Of a stretch of DNA of 64,000 nt, positions 1-9,131 are shown piece after piece. How positions within the stretch are numbered: the stretch's first letter is position 1; the number at the start of each line of letters is the position of its first letter. This stretch comes from an uncultured Spirochaetota bacterium (GTDB lineage Bacteria > Spirochaetota > Brevinematia > Brevinematales > JAOACQ01). The stretch is from NCBI GenBank assembly GCA_963768055.1, contig CAVYGN010000002.1, positions 1,408,001-1,472,000 on the forward strand, read 5' to 3'. The translations under genes were made by a program, and so were the position numbers. The notes beneath the pieces were generated by a model. It was given only the letters and a program-made list of their open reading frames with translations. It was not told where the DNA came from and ran no database searches.

Positions 1-489
1 ATAGTCAAGACCGGCATGTTTCCGGACGGCAGCGTCACTAACTACGGCATCTACAATGCCTTTTCTCAGCAGGTAAAGGACGATCTTACCGGGAAATGGG
101 GCCTTCTGCAGGCATTACCCGGCAAGGGGCATTTTGAAGTTACGGGAGGCGTATGCAAGGTTATTATCGATTCTCCCGGCAGCGCTACCTATATGGTTCA
201 GCTCTGTTATTTTCCCTGCCCCATCAAATTCGGAAAACCTTTTAAAGTCTCTTTCGACGCCAAGGCCGACTCTCCCAGAAAGATAGAAATGAAGGTCGGC
301 AGGATTGCAGGCGACTGGCTCGCATATTCCGGAAATAAAACTTATGATTTGACCACGGACTGGCAGACTTTTTCTTTCGTGTTCAAATCCCTTGGGACAG
401 ACGATTCAGCCAGATTTGAATTCGAATGCGCAAATGATAAGCCTTCCATGTATTTCCGCAATGTCAGCATGAAACCTGTATTGGAATAA
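1..489 (+). CDS. C-terminal part of a carbohydrate-binding (CBM4/9-like) domain protein, 5' truncated by the window edge
   Basis: Frame is open from base 1. The pattern FKVSFDAKADSPRKI...LTTDWQTFSFVF...ARFEF...YFRNVS is typical of CBM_4_9 beta-sandwich domains. Confidence 0.7.
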   Translation: MVKTGMFPDGSVTNYGIYNAFSQQVKDDLTGKWGLLQALPGKGHFEVTGGVCKVIIDSPGSATYMVQLCYFPCPIKFGKPFKVSFDAKADSPRKIEMKVGRIAGDWLAYSGNKTYDLTTDWQTFSFVFKSLGTDDSARFEFECANDKPSMYFRNVSMKPVLE

Positions 490-536
490 CGGGAGTAGTC
501 TAGGGGGAATTAATTATCTACAGATAGATTTAAAAA

Positions 537-567
537 GCGGAAACCTTAACCGGTTTCCGTTTTTTTT
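537..567 (+). terminator. Rho-independent terminator
   Basis: GCGGAAACC-ttaacc-GGTTTCCGT followed by a T-run; a preceding A-run suggests it may be bidirectional. Confidence 0.85.
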
Positions 568-701
568 CAATTGATGGGAGCTTCCCTTCGGGAAATAGTA
601 ATTTGAATTATCAGGATTGCCCTTGATACTTTGATTTTTTTTTTGTGTTCAGGCATACTTTTTCAAAGTTAAAAAGTTTTTATTCAAAAAAGAGGCCTGA
701 A

Positions 702-1361
702 ATGATATCTAACAGCAATCCCGCCGGGTCCACGGCCGAGCTAAGGCTCGAAAATATTCCCGCCATCATTTTCGAAACCGATTTGAACCTCAATATTTTA
801 TATATCAATTCAACTGGCAGGGCGGTACTTAGACTTTCGGAATTGCCGAATAAAGGCGGCTGTTCCCTGCTTGAATTCGTGCACCGCGACGACAGGCCGG
901 TCTTAAGGGATTATTGCTCGAGGCTGGCCGGCGGCGGGCCGGGAAATATCATTGTTTTCAGAATATCAGGGGGGGACAAAACTCTCACGGCTATCCTTTG
1001 CAAAGCGGCCCTCACTTCCGGAAGCACTGTAATAAGAAGCATACTATGGAACGCAATGGACCTGAGAGAGATTGCCGATTTTATCACGATCCCGGCAGAA
1101 AGTTTTTTCATAGTTTACAAGCTGAGCCCCCGGGAAAGGGAGGTCTTAAAATTAATGCTGACGGGATATAAAACAAGAGAAATTGCACGAACTCTATTCA
1201 TAACCGAAAGCACGGTTAAAAATCATATAAGCGCAATTTATTCGGCTGTAGGCGTTAAAAACAAGGATGGTTTGTTCAACGTCCTGAAAGACTACCAGGC
1301 CTCAAAATTCGGCCGGGAATCTTTCGTGTTTTCCGCTTTATCGAGCCTTCTCAAAGATTAG
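702..1361 (+). CDS. PAS-domain / LuxR-family HTH transcriptional regulator
   Basis: N-terminal PAS-like segment (IFETD...ILYIN...FVHRDD) and C-terminal LSPREREVLKLM..G...EIA..LFITESTVKNH LuxR HTH. ATG at 702 after AGAGG is preferred over GTG at 645. Confidence 0.85.
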   Translation: MISNSNPAGSTAELRLENIPAIIFETDLNLNILYINSTGRAVLRLSELPNKGGCSLLEFVHRDDRPVLRDYCSRLAGGGPGNIIVFRISGGDKTLTAILCKAALTSGSTVIRSILWNAMDLREIADFITIPAESFFIVYKLSPREREVLKLMLTGYKTREIARTLFITESTVKNHISAIYSAVGVKNKDGLFNVLKDYQASKFGRESFVFSALSSLLKD

Positions 1362-1400
1362 AGGGCTGTCTGCTCAAGAATAGCACCTTTTGCCTTATGG

Positions 1401-1437
1401 TGCGTTTGCGCCCGTAGGGCCCGCAGGGAGAAGCGCA
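1401..1437. repeat. Hairpin containing CCC-N3-GGG mini-hairpins (dispersed repeat family)
   Basis: TGCGTTT...AAGCGCA arms enclose GCCCGTAGGGCCCGCAGGG; related motifs occur at 24476, 37513 and 62716. Confidence 0.55.
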
Positions 1438-1830
1438 CTAATACAATTTTACGATCCTTGAAGTGCTGTTATCCTTTTCGCCTACCTCTGCCCATCCGGG
1501 AAATAATGAGTTTTCCCTTATTTTGTCATGTGAAGTGAGCCTTAAAATTACAGCTATCGGGGTGAAGAAGAGGAAATACACGATTGTAAAAATTGAATTA
1601 GTAATTATTATTCCTATTATTCTGCCAGCGGTTTTCAGGACTATGAAAGATGGTACGGTGCCCCTGTAAAAAAAAATCCCGCAAAATAAATGATACAAAG
1701 ATAAAATGAGGGCCGAAAGTGTCAAAATAAGCGGGAAACCTTTCAAAATCGAAATTGCACAAAAAATTGCCATCCCGGCGGAAAACGAATAAGCGAAATT
1801 TCTTAATCCTTTAAAAGGGTTTTTTTCCAT
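1438..1830 (-). CDS. SxtJ-family membrane protein
   Basis: LRNF N-terminal motif, TM helices, and IFTIVYFLFFTPIAVILR..D motif; overlaps the 3' end of the carbamoyltransferase. Confidence 0.75.
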   Translation of the reverse strand: MEKNPFKGLRNFAYSFSAGMAIFCAISILKGFPLILTLSALILSLYHLFCGIFFYRGTVPSFIVLKTAGRIIGIIITNSIFTIVYFLFFTPIAVILRLTSHDKIRENSLFPGWAEVGEKDNSTSRIVKLY

Positions 1831-3623
1831 TTACGGTACTCCTTATTCAAAGGCTGGTCTTTCTTATATAATAAATAATGGCCGATCGCCAGGATATCGA
1901 TGTTTGTGCCCATGAAGCAGCGGTAGGCGTCTGAAGGGCAGGCTACGATAGGTTCACCCCGCACATTGAAACTGGTATTGATCATGAGGGGGCAGCCGCT
2001 GATTCTTTCGAATTCTTTCAAAAGACTGTAAAATAAATTGTTTGTATCTTTTGAGACAGTCTGCAGCCTTGCTGTGTTATCAAGGTGGGTCACAGCGGGA
2101 ATAACCGAACGTTTCACCTTCAAAAGTTCCAGGCCCTTTTTGCCGGACGTATCCGCGTTTAAAAGCCTGTCCTTCCTGACCCTTGCAGTGAAGAGCATAT
2201 AGGGAGAGGCCTTTTTACATTCGAAATAGTCCCGGGATTTTTCCTCGAGGACCGATGGAGCAAAAGGCCTGAAAGACTCGCGGAATTTAATTTTTAAATT
2301 CATTGTGCTCTGCATATCTTCAGAACGCGCGTCACCAAGAATAGAACGGTTCCCGAGGGCCCTCGGCCCGAATTCCATCCTTCCCTGGAACCAGCCTATA
2401 ACCCTGAGCGATTTTATTTCATCAGCTACTGTTCTTATCAATTCGCTGTCCGTCACCTTTTTATAAACGGCCCCGTAACCTTTAAGGACTTCCTCAATGG
2501 CGACATCGGAATATGATGGCCCCAGGCAGGACCCTTTCTGAAGATCGTTTTTTTCATCCGCGTTTCTTTTATTGCCCAGGTAACAGTAATGAACGTAAAG
2601 AGCGGCGCCTAAAGCGCCCCCCGCATCCCCGGCGGCGGGCTGTACCCATATGTCGTCAAAGAGCCCCTCTTCCATTATATATGAGTTCGCGACACAATTC
2701 AAACCGACCCCCCCGGCGATGCAGAGTTTGTTCATCCCGGTGATTTTCTTCGCATATGCGGCAATGCTGACAAGAGTTTCGTTGAAGTATTCCTGTATCG
2801 ACGCCGCAACGTCCATATAGAACTGGTCGGGCGCGACATCGGGGGAAAGGGCTTTTCTTCCAAAAAGCTTTTCGAATTTTGTACTGACCATACGGAGTCC
2901 CGAAATATAGTCGAAGTATTTTTCATTCAATAGAAAAGAACCCTCGCCGGAGGTCCTGACCAGTTCTTTTTTTATCAAATCAAGATACACAGGCTTGCCG
3001 TACGGGGCCAGTCCCATTAATTTATATTCCCCTGAATTGACCCTGAAGCCGCAGTAATATGTGAAAGCCGAATAGAGCAGCCCCAGTGAATTGGGGAATT
3101 CAATTTTTTTCAGGAGTTTAATTGAATTACCCTCACCGACTCCGATTGCCGTAGTCGTCCATTCCCCGGCTCCGTCCAGGGTGATTATGGCGGCTTTATG
3201 ATACGGCGATGGAAGGAAAGCGCTGGCGGCATGGGATTGATGGTGTTCTGTAAATAATATATCCCTCTTATACCCCAATTCTTTTTTTATTACATCTTCA
3301 ACCCAGAGCTTCGATTTGAGCCACATAGGAACGGCCTGAAGAAAAGACATCAGTCCTTTTGGAGCCCGGTGTATATACCCTGCCAGGATCCTGTCGAACT
3401 TCAAAACAGGCTTGTCGTAAAAAACCACATGGTCTAGTTCGGAGGCTTTTAGGCCCCCTTCCGAAAGGCAGTAATCGACCGCTCCGGAGGGGAATGACGA
3501 ATCGCCCTTCCTGCGGGAAAAGCGCTCTTCCTGTGCGGCGGCTATTATTTCTCCGTCTTGCACTAGACTAGCCGCTGAATCATGGTAAAAAGCCGAAATG
3601 CCCAGGACTTTAACGCTAGCCAT
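1803..3623 (-). CDS. O-carbamoyltransferase, NodU/CmcH/SxtI family
   Basis: LGISAFYHDSAA, EERFSR.K, EHHQSHAASAF, GEYKLMGLAPYG, GRMEFGPRALGNRSIL, KFRESFRPFAP and NTSFNVRGEPIV motifs. Confidence 0.95.
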   Translation of the reverse strand: MASVKVLGISAFYHDSAASLVQDGEIIAAAQEERFSRRKGDSSFPSGAVDYCLSEGGLKASELDHVVFYDKPVLKFDRILAGYIHRAPKGLMSFLQAVPMWLKSKLWVEDVIKKELGYKRDILFTEHHQSHAASAFLPSPYHKAAIITLDGAGEWTTTAIGVGEGNSIKLLKKIEFPNSLGLLYSAFTYYCGFRVNSGEYKLMGLAPYGKPVYLDLIKKELVRTSGEGSFLLNEKYFDYISGLRMVSTKFEKLFGRKALSPDVAPDQFYMDVAASIQEYFNETLVSIAAYAKKITGMNKLCIAGGVGLNCVANSYIMEEGLFDDIWVQPAAGDAGGALGAALYVHYCYLGNKRNADEKNDLQKGSCLGPSYSDVAIEEVLKGYGAVYKKVTDSELIRTVADEIKSLRVIGWFQGRMEFGPRALGNRSILGDARSEDMQSTMNLKIKFRESFRPFAPSVLEEKSRDYFECKKASPYMLFTARVRKDRLLNADTSGKKGLELLKVKRSVIPAVTHLDNTARLQTVSKDTNNLFYSLLKEFERISGCPLMINTSFNVRGEPIVACPSDAYRCFMGTNIDILAIGHYLLYKKDQPLNKEYRKWKKTLLKD

Positions 3624-3629
3624 TGCGTA

Positions 3630-3788
3630 TCAAAAAAGGGAATAAATAAAAGGCGCCAGGGCTTGCGACTGGGAAATAAGCACGGCTACGCCGACAAGAA
3701 AAAGTATTATCAGCAGGGGTATCAGCCAAAGTTTTTTATTTTCCCGGATATATTGAAAAAATTCTTTTACAAGGCGTGTTTTTGACAT
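3630..3788 (-). CDS. DUF5989 / SxtK-like small membrane protein (52 aa, missing from the ORF track)
   Basis: Manual translation MSKTRLVKEFFQYIRENKKLWLIPLLIILFLVGVAVLISQSQALAPFIYSLF; RBS GGAGG upstream; KKxWLxP...APFIY.LF signature. Confidence 0.85.
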   Translation of the reverse strand: MSKTRLVKEFFQYIRENKKLWLIPLLIILFLVGVAVLISQSQALAPFIYSLF

Positions 3789-3956
3789 CCCGATTACCTC
3801 CCGTATTCGTTTCCTGCTGGAAATTTAAAGATAGATTTTAGAGGGAGGGCGGATATATTTCAAATTATTGAAAACTCGATGTAAATTTCAAATAACTCAC
3901 TCATCTTGACTTTTTCCATAATTCAAGTAAACTTAATTTAATATTGGAGGGTAATA

Positions 3957-5405
3957 ATGTTTAAAAAACAATTATTTCTTATAATACCGTTATTCATAGG
4001 CGTTTTATTGCCGCTGACGTCATGCCAGTCATTAATACCCCCCAATATCCATCCGGGGTCTTCTTCTTCAAGCCAATCCAGTTCTTCAAGTTCATCGTCT
4101 TCATTCATTGTTACTTTTGACAGCCAGGGGGCAACTGTAGCGGCGAATCCGTCCAGCATAGTCGTAACAACCCCGGCAACGACGGTCGGCGCTCTTCCGA
4201 TTGCGCCGTTTAAAAAAGGCTATACCTTTGCCGGCTGGTATACGGTGCCCGGGGGCGGAGGAACGCAATTTACATCCAGTACAATTGTTAAAGCGGATAT
4301 TACCCTTTTCGCTTATTGGAGCCCTAATCCGGTTTATACGGTGACATATGACAGCCAGGGCGGGTCGGCCGTCGGATCGCAATTTGTGACCCAGCCCGCG
4401 ACAACTGTCGTTGCATTGCCGACAGCGCCGACTTTAACAGCATTTTTCTTCAATGGCTGGTTTACCCTGCCGAACGGAGGCGGGAAGGCATTTACGTCAA
4501 CTACAGTTGTTACGGCGAATATAACGGTTTATGCATACTGGAAAGCTTCGGGATCTGTCTGGAGGCCGGGATTCCTCCCGAATGCCACAGGCTGGACTTC
4601 GGTAACCTACGGGAACCCCTTAGGAGTCCCCACATTTGTCGCGGTCGGGTTGAACGAAGCTGCGACATCGCCCGACGGGATTACCTGGACGAGCCAACCC
4701 ATTCCCGCCGGCAGCTGGACTTCGGTAACTTACGGGAACAACCAATTTGTCGCTGTCGGAGCCAACCAGGCGGCGACATCTCCCGACGGTATAAACTGGA
4801 CGGCACAATTTGGCATTCCTGTTCAGGCTTGGTCGTCGGTAGCTTTCGGAAACAATATTTATTTCGCCGTTTCCAGCGCCAATGTTACAACCGGGGTTTC
4901 ATCTCCTGACGGGATAATCTGGACGTCAAGAAGTCTCGGCGGGCCTCTTGATAACTGGTTTGTAGTAGCGTACGGCGTCCCGGGTTTTATCGCAATCGGC
5001 GGGATTCCCGGGAATTCCAGTTCACTCGATGGAATAGGCTGGACCGGTATAAACACCCTGGCAGCCGCGGGGACGGGGTGGACTTCGGCAGCTTATGGGA
5101 ACGGAATTTTTATCGCTGTTGCCGGAAACACAAGTATATCGGCGATATCGCCCGACGGGGGGACCACTTGGTCGTATGCCAACTCCATTCCTTTAGGCAA
5201 CTGGACTTCTGTAACATTCGGCAACGGCGTTTTTGTCGCTGTCGCGACCGGCGGCACTCTTGCGGCGACATCACCAAACGGGACGGTATGGACGCCGCAA
5301 ACCCTTCCGTTTAATACTAGCTGGGTTTCTGTCACCTGGGGCAACGGTATATTCGCAGCGATTGCCAACAATTTACCAGCTCAAAATGCGGCAGCCTCGT
5401 ATTGA
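3957..5405 (+). CDS. Lipoprotein with Ser-rich linker, two InlB-B/Flg_new repeats and a repeated beta-propeller-like domain
   Basis: Lipobox LTSC; poly-Ser linker; two VT(F/Y)DSQG...P..P...F.GW(Y/F)T...G..F...T.V...IT.(F/Y)AYW repeats; about five W.S..(Y/F)GN..F.AV...SPDG..W repeats. Confidence 0.8.
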   Translation: MFKKQLFLIIPLFIGVLLPLTSCQSLIPPNIHPGSSSSSQSSSSSSSSSFIVTFDSQGATVAANPSSIVVTTPATTVGALPIAPFKKGYTFAGWYTVPGGGGTQFTSSTIVKADITLFAYWSPNPVYTVTYDSQGGSAVGSQFVTQPATTVVALPTAPTLTAFFFNGWFTLPNGGGKAFTSTTVVTANITVYAYWKASGSVWRPGFLPNATGWTSVTYGNPLGVPTFVAVGLNEAATSPDGITWTSQPIPAGSWTSVTYGNNQFVAVGANQAATSPDGINWTAQFGIPVQAWSSVAFGNNIYFAVSSANVTTGVSSPDGIIWTSRSLGGPLDNWFVVAYGVPGFIAIGGIPGNSSSLDGIGWTGINTLAAAGTGWTSAAYGNGIFIAVAGNTSISAISPDGGTTWSYANSIPLGNWTSVTFGNGVFVAVATGGTLAATSPNGTVWTPQTLPFNTSWVSVTWGNGIFAAIANNLPAQNAAASY

Positions 5406-5441
5406 TACGCCGCCTGATCATGTTAAAAAAATGAGGTTTAC

Positions 5442-5984
5442 ATGAATATTTCTTTGCAGGCTTCGGTTGTGCGAAAGCTGATTGAAAAAAAACTTAAAAT
5501 ATCCACAGCCGAGTCATGCACGGGCGGGCTGCTTTCAAAACTGCTTACCGATGTTCCAGGGTCGTCAGAAGTATTTATGGGCGGGGTCGTCGCTTATGAT
5601 AACAGCGTGAAAAAAAGACTGCTCGACGTTCCTGAAAAATTATTAAAAAGTTACGGGGCTGTTAGTTTCGAATGCGCCGCTGCGATGGCCGGCGGTCTTA
5701 AATCATCAATCCCATCCGATCTTCATGTATCGATAACAGGGATCGCGGGCCCGGGAGGAGGAACAAAGGAAAAACCTGTAGGTATGGTGTTCATCGGAAT
5801 TGCCGTGAAAAAAAGAACGACTGTATTCAGGTGTTTTTTCAGAGGGGCGAGAGAGACCATCAGGAAATCCTCAGCGAGAAAAGCGCTTGAACTTATTCTG
5901 GAGGAACTTATATCCGGTGATCCGGGCAGAAACGGCGGGGATGGGATTGTTGAAAAAAGATTATATAAACTGCGCTCGAAATGA
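5442..5984 (+). CDS. pncC: CinA C-terminal / nicotinamide-nucleotide amidohydrolase
   Basis: AESCTGGL, TDVPGSS, YGAVS and SITGIAGPGGG..KPVG motifs. Confidence 0.88.
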   Translation: MNISLQASVVRKLIEKKLKISTAESCTGGLLSKLLTDVPGSSEVFMGGVVAYDNSVKKRLLDVPEKLLKSYGAVSFECAAAMAGGLKSSIPSDLHVSITGIAGPGGGTKEKPVGMVFIGIAVKKRTTVFRCFFRGARETIRKSSARKALELILEELISGDPGRNGGDGIVEKRLYKLRSK

Positions 5985-6068
5985 CACCTTGTTGATTTAA
6001 ATCTTATATATAGTGGATGAAATAATTGATTCATGTCATAATCTAAACTCTTGCATCGGGAGAATTAA

Positions 6069-6386
6069 ATGAAACTATTGAAATATATCTTATTTATTGC
6101 CGGGATCGTTATAGTAGAATGTTCCATAGTATACGGCCTTTATTTTTTCGCCGGTATGTCAAAATCCCTTTATGTGCTCTTTTCTTCAGCCGTTATACTC
6201 TTTATTGTATTTTACCTTATTTATGGGAGATACAGGGAAGAAATCAAGATAAGGCATAAAAACGAGGTCAGGAAAAAATATTTTAAGAGGGCCTTTTCTA
6301 TCGTTATATTTATTTGCGTGCTGACAGCCGGAGCGATTTTAATTTCCGGATCGCTGTTCCTGGTATCAAGAGCATTCAGAGGATGA
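6069..6386 (+). CDS. Hypothetical membrane protein (about 3 TM helices)
   Basis: Three hydrophobic segments; abuts prmC. Confidence 0.6.
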   Translation: MKLLKYILFIAGIVIVECSIVYGLYFFAGMSKSLYVLFSSAVILFIVFYLIYGRYREEIKIRHKNEVRKKYFKRAFSIVIFICVLTAGAILISGSLFLVSRAFRG

Positions 6387-7229
6387 ATGACGGCAGGAGA
6401 AATATATAACAGCTTCAAGGCTTATCTTGAAAATCGGGGCATACCTGACCCGGGAACCGATGCTCTTTATATTATATCCCATCACCTCGGTTTGAAACCT
6501 TACGAGATCTTTTTAAAAAGAAATTTGAAAGTTCCGCTACTGACAATGGCTTTAATCAAACATTCAATGATAGAAAGGGGAAGGTCTAAACCGGTTGCTT
6601 ATATCCTGGGCTATAAATATTTTTACCTGGATAAATTTATCGTTAATTCAGGAACCATTATACCAAGGTCCGATTCAGAACATCTTATTTATGCCGCCGA
6701 AGAGCTTCAGTCTGATTTTAAAAATATTATCGATATCGGCACCGGCAGCGGGGCTCTGGCTGTATCACTTTCCAGGATAAACCCCTCTTCCCGTATAACG
6801 GCTATTGATATAGATATAGGGGTTGCCGCTCAAAATATCAAAAGGCTTGGGGCTAAAAATATCACTCTTATAAAATCGGATTTTCTGAAAAACCGGGACG
6901 GAATAAAGGGAAACAGGACCTTTTGTTACGACCTGATAGTTTCAAATCCGCCCTATCTTTCCATGGAGGATATGAAAAAATTCTCAGGGACCCTTTGTTA
7001 CGAACCGTTCAGGGCTTTTTACGGGGGTGAAAACGGCCTGGCTTTTTATTGTGCGATTTCAGAGTTCGCTAAGGCGGGATTATTGAAAGGCGGGTTTATT
7101 ATAATTGAGATCGGCTACAAGTGGCCTGAAGTCATGAAAATATTCGAAGACCATGGGTTTTCAATAATCGGTATCAGGAAAGATTACGGCGGCCTTGAAA
7201 GGGTAATGGTGATAAGAAAGGATTTTTGA
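6387..7229 (+). CDS. prmC: Release factor glutamine methyltransferase
   Basis: PVAYILG, IIPRSDSE, DIGTGSGAL, SNPPY and GGENGL.FY motifs. Confidence 0.92.
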   Translation: MTAGEIYNSFKAYLENRGIPDPGTDALYIISHHLGLKPYEIFLKRNLKVPLLTMALIKHSMIERGRSKPVAYILGYKYFYLDKFIVNSGTIIPRSDSEHLIYAAEELQSDFKNIIDIGTGSGALAVSLSRINPSSRITAIDIDIGVAAQNIKRLGAKNITLIKSDFLKNRDGIKGNRTFCYDLIVSNPPYLSMEDMKKFSGTLCYEPFRAFYGGENGLAFYCAISEFAKAGLLKGGFIIIEIGYKWPEVMKIFEDHGFSIIGIRKDYGGLERVMVIRKDF

Positions 7230-7308
7230 GTGGAAGAAATCAATGAAATAAGTGCAATCTTTGATTACAACCTGCAATATAATGTATAATGTTATTGGAG
7301 GTTCGGGC

Positions 7309-7896
7309 ATGCGTTTCACTATCGCTTCGGTGTTTTTATTATGGATTATGATATTTTCACAGGTATTCACTCAAAGTGAAACCAATACTAATTCTAATAT
7401 CAACGGTTTCGGGATAGGGATCAACGCCGAATTTAATTGGAACCAGCTTCCCAATGATAATAGAATTGGAATATCGGCGAACACTCCCTTCTTTCTGGAC
7501 CGCTGGGTGGCGCTGAGGTTTGAAGCCGACTATGGACTTATAAGGGGAATACCCGCAACCAATACTTTATCGAATTCTATCTGGGCTAATTATTATGCCT
7601 TTAAAGCAGGAATAGTCGTTGCGGCTAACAGGAGATCGGATATTATAAGGCCTTTTATCGAGACAGGATTTATCTACATCATTCCAAACAGTTCGTTTAC
7701 AAGCGATACTTCCGCATGGGGCATATACGGGGTCTTCGGACTCGATGTAATTTTTCCCGGCGACTTTTCAGGCTACTTTTTTGAAATAGGGGGGACGGGC
7801 CTGCTTTCGCCCGGCGGATATGCGGACCAATATAAGGGTCTTATGCCATATGCAACGGGTTTGAATATAGTGCTCGGCTGGCGTTTTTATTTATGA
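7309..7896 (+). CDS. Secreted hypothetical protein, possible small outer-membrane beta-barrel
   Basis: Signal peptide after RBS GGAGG; alternating aromatic/Gly strands; C-terminal LGWRFYL resembles a beta-signal. Confidence 0.6.
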   Translation: MRFTIASVFLLWIMIFSQVFTQSETNTNSNINGFGIGINAEFNWNQLPNDNRIGISANTPFFLDRWVALRFEADYGLIRGIPATNTLSNSIWANYYAFKAGIVVAANRRSDIIRPFIETGFIYIIPNSSFTSDTSAWGIYGVFGLDVIFPGDFSGYFFEIGGTGLLSPGGYADQYKGLMPYATGLNIVLGWRFYL

Positions 7897-8906
7897 AAGG
7901 TAAGAAAACAGCGGTTTTCAGGGACATTTTACACAATTATAACGAATTGAAAGAAGCTTCCGATTTGATCAAAAACGGAGGAACCGTAGTATTTCCGACT
8001 GAAACCGTTTACGGGCTCGGAGCGGATGCATACAACAGCGAGGCTGTTAGAAAAATTTTTCTTGCCAAGGGGAGGCCGCCGGATAATCCCCTTATAACCC
8101 ATATCGCAGATATCGATGATCTTCATCTCACAGCTTCAGATATACCAGCGGCGGCTTATTTTCTTTTCGAGAAATTTTCACCGGGTCCTTTGACCCTGAT
8201 CCTGAAAAAAAACGACCGCATTTCAGACCTGGCCACGGCCGGGCTTTCAACTGTTGCGGTAAGAATACCCTCTCATGCCGCTGCACGTGCTCTGATTAAA
8301 TCAAGCGGCGTGCCTATCGCGGCTCCCTCGGCGAACAGGTCCGGCCGGCCAAGCCCCACTACATTCGATATGACTATGACCGATATGGATGGAAGAGTTG
8401 ACGCCGTTATCGACGGGGGCGACTGTGAAATAGGGCTCGAATCTACAGTAATTCTGATAAAAGAAAAGTCGATCGGGATCGTCCGGCCCGGGGCCGTAAC
8501 GGAAGAAATGATTGAAAGATCTATCGAATCACTTCCCGGTTATAAAATTATGCATTCCTATTTAAAGAAAAAGGAACCGGTATCCCCGGGAATGAAATAT
8601 ATTCATTATAAACCGAAAGCGGAGGTCTACCTGTCATTAAATGCCGATATTGATAAGATTACCGGAAATTTTCCGGGAAAAAAGGTCGGCGTCATCTCAA
8701 TCGGGGACGTATCTATATATAGATCGAAACCGGAGGTTCTCAGTTTCGGGACCCTTGGCGAATACGCAAGGGGGCTTTACAAAAGTTTCACTATGCTCGA
8801 CGGCCTCGGGTGCGATATCATAGTGGCCCAAACGGTTGAGCAGAAAGGTCTCGGCAGGGCTATTATGAACCGCCTGAACAAGGCAAGCGGCGGGAAAACG
8901 ATATGA
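7893..8906 (+). CDS. sua5: L-threonylcarbamoyladenylate synthase, Sua5-type (YrdC plus Sua5 domain)
   Basis: FPTETVYGLGA, KGRPPDNPLI, APSANRSGRPSPT, SPGMKY.HY and C-terminal GLG.AIMNRL.KA. Confidence 0.95.
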   Translation: MKGKKTAVFRDILHNYNELKEASDLIKNGGTVVFPTETVYGLGADAYNSEAVRKIFLAKGRPPDNPLITHIADIDDLHLTASDIPAAAYFLFEKFSPGPLTLILKKNDRISDLATAGLSTVAVRIPSHAAARALIKSSGVPIAAPSANRSGRPSPTTFDMTMTDMDGRVDAVIDGGDCEIGLESTVILIKEKSIGIVRPGAVTEEMIERSIESLPGYKIMHSYLKKKEPVSPGMKYIHYKPKAEVYLSLNADIDKITGNFPGKKVGVISIGDVSIYRSKPEVLSFGTLGEYARGLYKSFTMLDGLGCDIIVAQTVEQKGLGRAIMNRLNKASGGKTI

Positions 8907-8919
8907 GGAGGAATCCCTT

Positions 8920-9131
8920 ATGGGCGCCGGGCAGGAAAAAACGATACCATTTTCACCCCCTGATATTACAGCTATTCGATCGATCTTCCGGGATATAAAT
9001 ACAATATGACCGATATACAGGCCGCGCTGGGAATAGTCCAGTTATCAAGATATGAAAATCTGCGCGAAGAGGACGCCCGTCTGGTTTGCAGCGAACTGTG
9101 CGGGGCGCTTGAAAAGGTGCTTGGCGAATGA
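8920..9131 (+). pseudogene. Collapsed relic of a DegT/DnrJ/EryC1/StrS aminotransferase
   Basis: RBS GAGGAGG plus ATG gives ...KTIPFSPPDIT. After a frame change it reads YSIDLPGYKYNMTDIQAALGIVQLSRY, then L.EEDA..VC..L...LE-stop overlapping the tsaD ATG (ATGA). Confidence 0.8.

Noticed and set aside
1803..3623. Saxitoxin biosynthesis cluster
   Set aside because: Only the widespread sxtI/J/K-like triad is present; no sxtA, sxtG or other core genes in the window.
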